DNA of 64,000 nucleotides from an uncultured delta proteobacterium (GTDB taxonomy: Bacteria > Desulfobacterota > Desulfuromonadia > Geobacterales > DSM-12255): the NCBI GenBank assembly GCA_963787125.1, contig CAWBBV010000001.1, forward strand, positions 128,001-192,000, in the 5' to 3' direction. The notes under the pieces are model-generated. The model was not told the origin of the DNA. It did no database searches and was given only the letters and a program-made list of their open reading frames with translations. Position 1 is the first letter of the stretch. Each line of letters starts with the position of its first letter. Shown here in pieces: positions 1 to 8,978 of this stretch. A program made the translations under genes and the position numbers.

Positions 1-253
<253 letters not shown>

Positions 254-281
254 TGTAGTTGATAGTCAGATGCTGCTACCC

Positions 282-539
282 TTAGTTGGCTGGGTAGACT
301 GACACCTTTTTCCGGTCGCGACCCATCCGCTCAAACTTTACGACGCCGTCAATCAGGGAGAAAAGAGTATAGTCTTTTCCGCAGCCGACATTGTTGCCAG
401 GGTGAATGGATGTACCGTGCTGACGGTAGAGGATGTTTCCGGCGCGAACTGTTTCACCGCCGAATTTTTTGCAGCCAAGTCTCTGACCGGATGAATCGCG
501 GCCGTTTCTTGTACTTCCACCCGCCTTTTTGTGTGCCAT
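282..539 (-). CDS. rpmA: 50S ribosomal protein L27
   Basis: [16 protein letters not shown]...RLGCKKFGG signature. Confidence 0.98.
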   Translation of the reverse strand: MAHKKAGGSTRNGRDSSGQRLGCKKFGGETVRAGNILYRQHGTSIHPGNNVGCGKDYTLFSLIDGVVKFERMGRDRKKVSVYPAN

Positions 540-581
540 TAGTGATACCCTCCAAGCTTTTGCCGGCTATCGGCAATTGCT

Positions 582-890
582 TTATGCGTTGATCGTCTCT
601 ATCTTCAGGACAGTTTTAAGTTGGCGGTGCCCGTTAAGTTTTCGGGAGTTTTTCCGGCGCTTGGATTTGAAGACTAGAATCTTCTTGTCCTTCCCCTGTT
701 CGACAATTGTGCCGACTACAGAAGCGCTGGGCACTACCGGTGTTCCGATTTTAACCGTATCGCCGCCAACCATCAGGATTTCTTCGAGCGTAATGGTTTC
801 ACCCACTGCGCCTTCGATTTTCTCGACTTTCAAAAAGTCGCCTACGGAAACTTTATACTGCTTCCCTCCGGTTTTAACTACTGCGTACAT
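582..890 (-). CDS. rplU: 50S ribosomal protein L21
   Basis: MYAVVKTGGKQYKV...GHRQ; start set at ATG 890. Confidence 0.98.
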   Translation of the reverse strand: MYAVVKTGGKQYKVSVGDFLKVEKIEGAVGETITLEEILMVGGDTVKIGTPVVPSASVVGTIVEQGKDKKILVFKSKRRKNSRKLNGHRQLKTVLKIETINA

Positions 891-986
891 CAATATACTC
901 ACCACCTTTACCATATTTTTGACTGAGCTTGGAAAAATACCTTGAAATGCGAGGTGATGTCAAGGAGTTTTATCAATCAAGCTTTA

Positions 987-1286
987 TCAGCCTATCTCGA
1001 CATGAATCTCATCGCCTTGAAGCTGTACCGGGAAGATTTTCAGGGTATAAGCCGGATTGTCAATACAGCTGCCGCTTTTCAGGTCAAAGCGAAAGCCGTG
1101 ACGCGGACATGACAGGTGACCATCCTTGACAATCCCTGCCTGCATTGGCGAACCCTGATGCGGACATTCGTTTTCACAGGCAAAAATCTCACCCTTGATA
1201 TTGGTAAGAAGAATTTCCTGCCCATTAACTGTAACAACTTTTTTCCCGAAATTTGGGACTTCACTGATTTTTGCGGCAAAGAACAT
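987..1286 (-). CDS. Rieske [2Fe-2S] ferredoxin
   Basis: CPHQG and CPRHG Rieske motifs; start MFFAAK preceded by AGGAGG. Confidence 0.9.
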   Translation of the reverse strand: MFFAAKISEVPNFGKKVVTVNGQEILLTNIKGEIFACENECPHQGSPMQAGIVKDGHLSCPRHGFRFDLKSGSCIDNPAYTLKIFPVQLQGDEIHVEIG

Positions 1287-1307
1287 GATTGATCCTCCTT
1301 GCATGTT

Positions 1308-2819
1308 TCAGCTTATGGCGATTTCGAACTGCTCCTGATGGAACCCGGGCTTCGCCCGCACCGTGATTCTCTTCTTGAATTTCTTTTCCAACTCCTCCAG
1401 ACCGCGACGCTCTTCATCGTAAAGCAGATCGGCAACCTGGGGATGAACAGTCAAGGTCGCTTTCGTGCCGCGAATATCGAGCATCTCCCGGCGCAGTTCC
1501 CTGAAGATTTCGTAACAGACGGTGGTTTTAGATTTCACATAACCGCGTCCCTCACAGTACGGGCAGGGCTCACACATCATCCGCCCCATGCTTTCACGCA
1601 CACGCTTTCTGGTCATCTCTACCAGTCCGAGTTCAGAGATTTTCAGGATATTGGTTTTTGATTTATCTGCTTTGAGTGCCTCTTCAAGAGCGCCATAAAC
1701 CTTTTCCCGGTTCACCTCTTTTTCCATATCGATGAAATCTATGATTATTATTCCGCCCAGATTCCGAAGCCTTAGTTGGTACGCAATCTCTTTGACCGCC
1801 TCAAGGTTGGTCTTAAGGATGGTATCCTCAAGGTTATGCTTGCCCACATACCTGCCGGTGTTAACATCTATAGCTGTCAGAGCCTCTGTCTGCTCGATGA
1901 TGATATAACCGCCGCTCTTAAGCCAGACTTTCCGGCCAAGAGCACGGCTTATCTCCACCTCAAGACCATAGTTGTCAAACATCGGTTCTTCGTCATCGTA
2001 AATCTCGATGGAATACTTCATTTTCGGCATAAAGGTGGTTATAAACTGGACGATCCGGTCATATTCAGGCTTTGAATCAACTACAATCCGGTCGACTGAC
2101 TCAGTTAATATGTCCCGCACCACTTTCTGGGTCATATCCAGGTCAGAATGGATCAGAAGCGGGGGGCAACCCTTGTCCTTTCGCTTGTCAATCTCTTCCC
2201 AGAGCTTGACAAGATATTTCATATCCGCCTGAAGGTCTTCTTCGCTCTTGGCTTCGGAAACAGTCCTGACTATAAAGCCGCTACCGGCCGGCTTGATCCG
2301 CTCCACAATCTCCTTCAGCCGCTCACGCTCGGTTTCATCTTCTATCCGCCGCGAAATCCCCACGTGGTCGACCGTCGGCATATAGACAAGATGGCGACCG
2401 GGCAGTGATATATGGGCAGTGATTCGGGCGCCTTTTGTGCCGATCGGCTCCTTTGATATCTGCACAAGGAGTTCCTGCCCTTCCTGAAGAAGCTCTTCGA
2501 TCGGGTGCATGGGCTGCATGTCCGGGGCTTCACCCTCTCCGGGCTCATCACCATTACCGCTGCGTTCCATAAAAGACTCAAACTCTTCCAACGGATCATA
2601 GACGTCTGCGACATAAAGAAACGCTGCCTTTTCAAGGCCGATATCCACAAAGGCGGCCTGCATTCCCGGAAGAACCCTGACGACCCTCCCCTTGTAGATA
2701 TTGCCGACAATTCCCTTCACTTTTGCCCGTTCTATGTAGAGTTCGGCGATGGTACCGTTTTCTATCAGGGCGACGCGAGTCTCGTGGGAGGTGGTGTTGA
2801 TAACCAGCTCATTTGCCAT
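1308..2819 (-). CDS. rng: Ribonuclease G (Rne/Rng family)
   Basis: GNIYKGRV, AAFVDIG, TAIDVNTG, GGIIIIDFIDM motifs; 503 aa. Confidence 0.95.
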   Translation of the reverse strand: MANELVINTTSHETRVALIENGTIAELYIERAKVKGIVGNIYKGRVVRVLPGMQAAFVDIGLEKAAFLYVADVYDPLEEFESFMERSGNGDEPGEGEAPDMQPMHPIEELLQEGQELLVQISKEPIGTKGARITAHISLPGRHLVYMPTVDHVGISRRIEDETERERLKEIVERIKPAGSGFIVRTVSEAKSEEDLQADMKYLVKLWEEIDKRKDKGCPPLLIHSDLDMTQKVVRDILTESVDRIVVDSKPEYDRIVQFITTFMPKMKYSIEIYDDEEPMFDNYGLEVEISRALGRKVWLKSGGYIIIEQTEALTAIDVNTGRYVGKHNLEDTILKTNLEAVKEIAYQLRLRNLGGIIIIDFIDMEKEVNREKVYGALEEALKADKSKTNILKISELGLVEMTRKRVRESMGRMMCEPCPYCEGRGYVKSKTTVCYEIFRELRREMLDIRGTKATLTVHPQVADLLYDEERRGLEELEKKFKKRITVRAKPGFHQEQFEIAIS

Positions 2820-2846
2820 ACTGCTCCTCTGTAAACTGTATTAAAT

Positions 2847-5381
2847 TTATATAAATAAAGATGAATCCTTAAAAATTACGTCCAATTTCTCTATCCGGCA
2901 TTCTTCCAGCTCTTTGAGTGAAGCGCCGGTAATTGCCGAGACGAACTCAAGTGGTTTGCCGCGCCCGATCTCCATGGTAAGACTGTTTTCAGCTGCAGTG
3001 AGACTGTGTAGTTCATGGCGCAGGTCATACTCTTGCGGACCGTTTTTCTTGACCCTTCTATAGGGACAGCTTTCACTGGCCATGAAGTTTGCCGCGGCTC
3101 GTTCAAGATCTGCTGGCGGTTTATCCGGGAAGGTTACCCTGTAGCGCACCCGCTCCATAATCGTCGAAAGCGACGGGCTCTTCAGCGGCACGATCCAGGC
3201 GGACAGCACAGAAATCCCGAACGGAAGTGAGGCGTTAAGCGCCACTTTCAGCATGTCGGCATCAAACTCAGGTGACACCTCGATATCCAGATATTCGGCG
3301 GAAGATTCTACACCTACAGAGAGCGCAGTTGCAAACGAGAATTTCGGGTGCGGGTGGAACCCCAGTGAATATTTGACCGGAATCGACGCTCTTTTCACTG
3401 CTCTGGTCAAGAGAGTTATCATCTCAAGATGACTTAAAAAAATCATCGCCCCGCTTTTTGAGTATCTGACCCGGATTCGCCTGGCCCCGTCAGACAATGG
3501 TGCCTGAGCTGAGCTTGCTGCCGGTGCATAACCGGCAACCTCAGTCGTACTGTCAATGTCTGTGGCAGTACGATTGCGAATCTCTTTGAAATCACAGACC
3601 CCACAACCGGTACAGACACCTTCACGGCAATCTTGAGTGAATTCCCCTTGAACACCACTGGCTCGCTCTTTCAGCAGGAAATCCCTGCTGACGCCACTGT
3701 CGATATGATCCCACGGCAGAACATCTTCAACGTCTCTGCCGCGCAGGTAAAAGCGCGGATCAATTCCGGCAATTTCAAAAGCTTTCTGCCATTTGGAAAA
3801 GCTGAAATGATCCCCCCAGCTATCGAACCGGCACCCGAGATTAACTGCTTCAAGCAAAACCTTGCCAAGACGCCTGTCGCCACGGGCAAATACCCCCTCA
3901 ATAACCGACAGCGGCGCATCGTGCCATTTGAATTTAAGTTTGCGTTTTTTCAGCTCGTCCCGCAAAAATCCCTGCTTTGTAAGAATCTCCTCGTAGCTTA
4001 TCTGCTCTTCCCACTGAAAAGGTGTGTGTGCTTTGGGAACAAAACTTGAGACTGAAACATTGACTTCACCACCGCTGCGGCTGACTTTCCCTTCGCTTTT
4101 GACTCGCCTGGCAAGATCGACAATTGCGGCAATGTCATCCATTGTTTCTGTCGGCAGCCCTATCATGAAATAAAGCTTTATCAGCCGCCACCCGGCGCCG
4201 AATGCGGCATTAGCGTCTTTCAAAAGTGCTTCTTCAGTAATCCCTTTGTTGATCACCTGCCGCAGCCGTTCACTTCCTGCCTCCGGCGCCAGAGTCAAGC
4301 CGGTTTTACGGACTTTTTTGACCTCTTCGACCAACTCGTCGGAGAGCGTGCCAACCCGCAGTGACGGAAATGACACGGCGATCCTGCTTTCTGCATATCG
4401 CGCCATTAACTCCTTCAGTAACGGAGTGAGGCAACCGTAATCCCCCGCAGCAAGAGACAGGAGCGACACCTCTTCGTATCCCGTATGCCGGAGAGTCTTT
4501 TCGACTGTCTCAAGAATTTTTTCCGGAGAACGTTCTCTTAAAGGGCGATAGATGTAGCCGGCCTGACAGAAACGGCACCCTCTGGTGCAGCCACGGCCTA
4601 TTTCCATGGCGACCCTGTCATGAACAGTTTTCAGAAAAGGGATCACTGGCGCAGTCGGATATGGGGCTATCTCCAGATCGGCCAGAAAGCGCCGCCTGAC
4701 CTTACTGTAGCCGGTTTTTAACGGGACGATCTTCTCTATGCGACCATCTTCCTGATACGCCACGGTGAAAAACGACGGCACGTAAACACCGGGGATTGTG
4801 GCAAGCCGCTCCAGAACCTCACTCTTTTCAGCCCCTGCAGCTTTAAGTTGCCGACAGAGTTCAGCTATCTGCGGCGCGGCCTCTTCACCGTCGCCAATCA
4901 GGAATGCATCGAAAAAGTCAGCCAAAGGCTCAGGGTTATAGGCGCATGGCCCGCCACCGAGAACAAGCGGCCAGGGATCATGCCGCTCTGCTGCCAAAAG
5001 TGGTATCCCGGATATCCTCAGCATGTTGATAATATTGGTATAGGAAAGCTCGTGCTGAAGGGTAAAACCGATAATATCAACATCAGCAAGAAGGGTTGAG
5101 CTTTCCAGGGTAGTAATGAGTTTGCCACTTTCCCGCAGTTGATCTTCACGGTCAGGCCAGGGAGAATAAACCCTCTCAGCTGCCAGCCATTCATAGCTAT
5201 TAAGTATATTGTAAAGGATCTGAAAGCCAAGATGGCTCATCCCGATCTCATAAACATCCGGAAATGCAAGCACAAAGCGAACTTCAGGTGAATCTTTTTG
5301 AATAATGCCGACTTCGCCACCCATATAACGGGCAGGCTTGTCTACATTGAGCAGACTGCTATCTATCATATCCATCTCCAT
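2847..5381 (-). CDS. Radical SAM protein (TIGR03960-type) fused to a C-terminal DUF2344-like domain
   Basis: KPARYMGGE N-terminus, GCTRGCRFCQ radical SAM motif, C-terminal FLSHLE...GFHPHPKFSF. Confidence 0.85.
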   Translation of the reverse strand: MEMDMIDSSLLNVDKPARYMGGEVGIIQKDSPEVRFVLAFPDVYEIGMSHLGFQILYNILNSYEWLAAERVYSPWPDREDQLRESGKLITTLESSTLLADVDIIGFTLQHELSYTNIINMLRISGIPLLAAERHDPWPLVLGGGPCAYNPEPLADFFDAFLIGDGEEAAPQIAELCRQLKAAGAEKSEVLERLATIPGVYVPSFFTVAYQEDGRIEKIVPLKTGYSKVRRRFLADLEIAPYPTAPVIPFLKTVHDRVAMEIGRGCTRGCRFCQAGYIYRPLRERSPEKILETVEKTLRHTGYEEVSLLSLAAGDYGCLTPLLKELMARYAESRIAVSFPSLRVGTLSDELVEEVKKVRKTGLTLAPEAGSERLRQVINKGITEEALLKDANAAFGAGWRLIKLYFMIGLPTETMDDIAAIVDLARRVKSEGKVSRSGGEVNVSVSSFVPKAHTPFQWEEQISYEEILTKQGFLRDELKKRKLKFKWHDAPLSVIEGVFARGDRRLGKVLLEAVNLGCRFDSWGDHFSFSKWQKAFEIAGIDPRFYLRGRDVEDVLPWDHIDSGVSRDFLLKERASGVQGEFTQDCREGVCTGCGVCDFKEIRNRTATDIDSTTEVAGYAPAASSAQAPLSDGARRIRVRYSKSGAMIFLSHLEMITLLTRAVKRASIPVKYSLGFHPHPKFSFATALSVGVESSAEYLDIEVSPEFDADMLKVALNASLPFGISVLSAWIVPLKSPSLSTIMERVRYRVTFPDKPPADLERAAANFMASESCPYRRVKKNGPQEYDLRHELHSLTAAENSLTMEIGRGKPLEFVSAITGASLKELEECRIEKLDVIFKDSSLFI

Positions 5382-5585
5382 ATTAAATTTAAGCCCTTAT
5401 GCACTAAGTGGCGCATCATACTAACAGCTGCAGCCTGCTGAAGCAAGCTTCGTAAACCGGGCATACCGCAAATAAGGCAACCACAACCTGAAATAAGTTA
5501 CAACAACGACCGTAATTTCAAGACAAATCCAGACGCTAATTAAAAAGCTACGCCATTACGGCATGTTGAGTTTTATTATCAAGCT

Positions 5586-5601
5586 TGGCACGGCAAATGC
5601 T
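5586..5601 (+). promoter_or_regulatory. Sigma-54 (-24/-12) promoter
   Basis: TGGCACGGCAAATGCT, GG-N10-GC spacing, ~55 bp upstream of ATG 5655. Confidence 0.7.
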
Positions 5602-5654
5602 TTATAGCTAAACATCGATACAAAAATAAGCTTTACAATCAAAGGGGAAAGAAA

Positions 5655-5906
5655 ATGAAAAAAGTTATGTCTTCCATCGTTGCCGCTATCGTTGCTGTTG
5701 CTTTTGCTGGTGTATGTTTTGCTGCTGAAGCAAAGAAAGAAATGGCACCTGCTGCTGCACCTGCTGCTGCTGCACCTGCTGCTGAGAAGAAAGAAGAAGC
5801 AAAGCCTAAGAAAGCTAAAAAAGCAAAGAAAGCAAAGAAAGCAGAGAAGAAAGACGCTGCTGCTCCTGCTGACGCAAAGAAAGACGCTGCTCCTGCTGCA
5901 AAGTAA
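5655..5906 (+). CDS. Small exported Ala/Lys/Pro-rich low-complexity protein
   Basis: Signal peptide ending CFA, RBS AAAGGGG, AAPA/KKA repeats, own terminator. Confidence 0.8.
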   Translation: MKKVMSSIVAAIVAVAFAGVCFAAEAKKEMAPAAAPAAAAPAAEKKEEAKPKKAKKAKKAKKAEKKDAAAPADAKKDAAPAAK

Positions 5907-5925
5907 TCAACTTCTCACAGAGAAT

Positions 5926-5959
5926 AAAAAAAGCCGCATCTTCGGATGCGGCTTTTTTT
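5926..5959. terminator. Bidirectional intrinsic terminator
   Basis: aaaaaaagccgcatc-ttcg-gatgcggcttttttt between convergent genes. Confidence 0.9.
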
Positions 5960-5977
5960 ATTGCAGATCATATTTTT

Positions 5978-6373
5978 TTAAAACTTACTATCTATTTCAG
6001 ATGATTCCTTCATCCAGACGTATCTAGGCTCTATCCATGGATCATAAAAGCCAGGATACGCAACAAAAAAGGTAAACAGTTCACCTATCCCGCTGGCAGT
6101 CCTTACAACCGCCATCCCGACTCCTTTAAGCGGACCGATGACAACACCGCGCCCCCAACCGCTCTCTTTCCCGGTTATGTATATCTGCTTGGGAAACTCT
6201 GCCCACCCGGTCAGGACGTTAGCCGCGCCACGAACCCCTTTGGTAGCCATACCATCCACAATCTCTTGCGGGGAAGCATTATCTATTGTTTTGTATTCCG
6301 AAGCCTGAACTCGCCCAATACCCACAACACAGGTAAAAACTGTCACGCTTATGAACAGTAAAAGTCTGGACAT
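5978..6373 (-). CDS. Exosortase-system-associated protein, TIGR04073-like
   Basis: Signal peptide; KGVRGAANVLTGWAEFPKQ...GPLKGVGM...YDPWIEPRYVW. Confidence 0.7.
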   Translation of the reverse strand: MSRLLLFISVTVFTCVVGIGRVQASEYKTIDNASPQEIVDGMATKGVRGAANVLTGWAEFPKQIYITGKESGWGRGVVIGPLKGVGMAVVRTASGIGELFTFFVAYPGFYDPWIEPRYVWMKESSEIDSKF

Positions 6374-6804
6374 TATTTTTCACCGACCTTCGGATCTTTT
6401 TGTGATTCTTTCGACTTGGTCACTTCCTGTTGCGTCAAAACTTCCCCGCGCACTTCGTCCCACCCCTGCCAGACGAACTCAGGATCCATCATGGGGTCAA
6501 AATAGCCGGGCTGCGGCACCATAAAAAATACCGTTTCGGTCAAACCGATGAAGCATCGATAAAGCGTCATGCCGACACCTTTGATCGGCCCGACTACATA
6601 GCCGACAGTGCCATGGTTGCGACCTGTCAGTATTGTCTGCTTGGGTAGCTCGACGATTGCAGTAGCAAAGTTAGTCACCCCGCGCACCAGCTTAAAGGAC
6701 ATCTTCTCAGCAATTGATTCAGGTCTGGGCACTTCTGTGGCAAACGCCGGGGTAGTCATGAAAGCAGCGGTCATGAGCGCAAAGGCCAGAAAAAGAGTCT
6801 TCAT
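6373..6804 (-). CDS. Exosortase-system-associated protein, TIGR04073-like (tandem paralogue)
   Basis: KLVRGVTNFATAIVELPKQ...GPIKGVGM...FDPMMDPEFVW. Confidence 0.7.
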   Translation of the reverse strand: MKTLFLAFALMTAAFMTTPAFATEVPRPESIAEKMSFKLVRGVTNFATAIVELPKQTILTGRNHGTVGYVVGPIKGVGMTLYRCFIGLTETVFFMVPQPGYFDPMMDPEFVWQGWDEVRGEVLTQQEVTKSKESQKDPKVGEK

Positions 6805-6971
6805 AAGCGATGATTCTCCTTTTATGCAGATTATAAGAGTTTATCTCCTTTTAACACAATACCTGTGGGGTAGCAAGTACAGCAGATAGCTGCTGTTTGA
6901 AATTGCTGGTTAAAAAAAAGACGCTCACCCCTTCGGGCTGCGCCTTTTTACAAAAAAATTTATGGCAGGGG

Positions 6972-7568
6972 TTATGAATGCTTTGCAAGATAGGTGGCAA
7001 CTCCGTCAGCTGTCGGCTTCATTGCCTCCTCACCCTCTTTCCAGTTAGCTGGACAGACCTGATCACCGTGAGTTTCGACAAATTGAAGGGCCGTAACCAT
7101 ACGAATCGCCTCGTCAACGCTTCTGCCGAGCGGCAGATCGTTAATTACCGAGTGCCGGACAACACCTTTGGTATCAATGAGAAAGAGTCCCCGCAGAGCA
7201 ACCGCATCATTAAAAAGAATACCGTAGCTTCTGGCAATGTTCTTGTTTAGATCTGACACAAGCGGATACTGAATATCGCCGATGCCGCCATCTTCGAGTT
7301 TTGTATTCTTCCAGGCAAGGTGGGTGAATTTAGAGTCAACCGAAACGCCCACAACTTCACAGTTCCTGTTTTTGAATTCGTTAAGCTTCTTGTTGAATGC
7401 CAGTATCTCTGAAGGGCAGACAAACGTGAAGTCAAGCGGGTAAAAGAAAAGGACGACATATTTACCTTTAAGAGCTGAAAGGGTAATCTGGCCGAAACTG
7501 TTGTCCGGCAGAACTGCGTCAGCGGTAAAATCAGGTGCCTGCTGTGTTACAAGTGTACAAGCGCTCAT
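6972..7568 (-). CDS. ahpC: 2-Cys peroxiredoxin (AhpC/TSA)
   Basis: FYPLDFTFVCPSE and VCPANW motifs. Confidence 0.93.
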   Translation of the reverse strand: MSACTLVTQQAPDFTADAVLPDNSFGQITLSALKGKYVVLFFYPLDFTFVCPSEILAFNKKLNEFKNRNCEVVGVSVDSKFTHLAWKNTKLEDGGIGDIQYPLVSDLNKNIARSYGILFNDAVALRGLFLIDTKGVVRHSVINDLPLGRSVDEAIRMVTALQFVETHGDQVCPANWKEGEEAMKPTADGVATYLAKHS

Positions 7569-7678
7569 GGTGATTAATCTCCTTGGCCGATATTTTTATG
7601 AATCCATGCATAAGAAAATACCAACCAGTTCCGGACTTGTCAAGCACAAAAAGATCAATCAAGTCCTTTTTATCCTGT

Positions 7679-8431
7679 TTACTTTATCTCTCCTCGAATC
7701 CCGACGGTCACCTCTTTAAGCGGAATAGCCTTGCCTGACGCTGCCAGAGCCTGTTTTGCCGCTATGACAATCCCGCCGCAGCATGGCACTTCCATCCTCA
7801 TAACAGTGATGCTTTTCAGAGATGAATTGCGAAAGAGTTCGGTCAATTTCTGTGTATAGAACTGGTTGTCATCAAGCTTCGGACATCCTATCACGACAGC
7901 CTTACCCGCCAGAAAGTCCTTATGAAAATCAGCATAGGCGAACGGCACACAATCTGCCGCTATCAAAAGGTCGGCATCCTGGAAATAAGGTGCTGAAGTC
8001 GATACAAGGTGAAGCTGGACCGGCCACTGAGCAAGCACGCTCTGTTGCGCCCCCACTGCTACCGTTGCCGGAGCAGCTTTAGCTTCAAAGCTCATAGATC
8101 TTGAACCTGGACAGCCACCGCCGTGACCATGATCGCCACTATGTCCATGAGCGTGATGTCCATGGTGATGGTTATGGGCCGTACCCTTGCCAACAGCCTC
8201 CAGATGTTTCTCAACTTCAGCCTCGTCAAACTCGTCAGCCTCGCGCTCAATGATCTTGATTGCATCCTGTGGGCAATCTCCAAGACAGGCTCCAAGACCA
8301 TCGCAGAGATTGTCTGCCGAGAGCACCGCCTTGCCGTTAATCATCTTTATAGCGCCTTCAGCACAAGAAGGGACACAGAGCCCGCAGCCGTTACATTTAT
8401 CCTGATCGATCTGGACAATTTTTCTGATCAT
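7679..8431 (-). CDS. 4Fe-4S ferredoxin-like protein (FrdX-type) with His-rich linker
   Basis: CNGCGLCVPSC and CDGLGACLGDCP; GGCPGS, QWPVQLHL, GCPKLD, MEVPCCGG. Confidence 0.85.
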   Translation of the reverse strand: MIRKIVQIDQDKCNGCGLCVPSCAEGAIKMINGKAVLSADNLCDGLGACLGDCPQDAIKIIEREADEFDEAEVEKHLEAVGKGTAHNHHHGHHAHGHSGDHGHGGGCPGSRSMSFEAKAAPATVAVGAQQSVLAQWPVQLHLVSTSAPYFQDADLLIAADCVPFAYADFHKDFLAGKAVVIGCPKLDDNQFYTQKLTELFRNSSLKSITVMRMEVPCCGGIVIAAKQALAASGKAIPLKEVTVGIRGEIK

Positions 8432-8454
8432 TTACATTTCTCCTTTTTTAATTT

Positions 8455-8817
8455 TCAGCGGTTGATAAAATAATGCCACAGATAATCTATTCGCCCCTGC
8501 ATTATCATCCGTCTCCCGGAATAAGCCATTATCTCTCTTATTTTCAGCCGATACTCGGGAGTGTAGCAGTGGATATGGCAACTTTTGCAGCTCGGTTTCG
8601 GTTCCAGCGGGCAGAGAGATCTCTTCTGCATGCCATGCTCAAGCAGCGCTGCGCAGTCGGGACAGATAGTCTCTTCCGGGCGTCTCCCCGGTCGAACTAT
8701 TTCGGGTATATTTCGCTCGCCGACGTTTTTACGGTCGTGTCTGGCATGGCAAAAAAGCCGTATAAAACTGGCAAGAACTCTTAAATCTCTAATTTGCGCG
8801 GCTGTAAGCTTGTTCAT
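8455..8817 (-). CDS. YgbA-family (nitrous oxide-stimulated promoter family) protein
   Basis: FC...H, CPDC, CP...KPSCKSCHIHCY, IREIMAYSGRRM pattern. Confidence 0.8.
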   Translation of the reverse strand: MNKLTAAQIRDLRVLASFIRLFCHARHDRKNVGERNIPEIVRPGRRPEETICPDCAALLEHGMQKRSLCPLEPKPSCKSCHIHCYTPEYRLKIREIMAYSGRRMIMQGRIDYLWHYFINR

Positions 8818-8852
8818 GGTTACCATCCTATCCGAGTCAAGAGCTTTACATA

Positions 8853-8866
8853 ATGATTCAAGTCAA
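8853..8866 (-). promoter_or_regulatory. Crp/Fnr-family (HcpR/Dnr-like) binding box
   Basis: TTGAC-TTGA-ATCAT centred ~42.5 bp upstream of ATG 8817; -10-like TAGGAT at 8830-8825. Confidence 0.55.
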
Positions 8867-8978
8867 ATCTTTTCAATTGAGCGCAGATATCGAATAGTCT
8901 CTTTGGCTGCTTGCCAGATTGTGCTATAGATTAGCAGAAAAGCAGTGCTAACTCAGCAAACGAGTTACTGGAATAATT

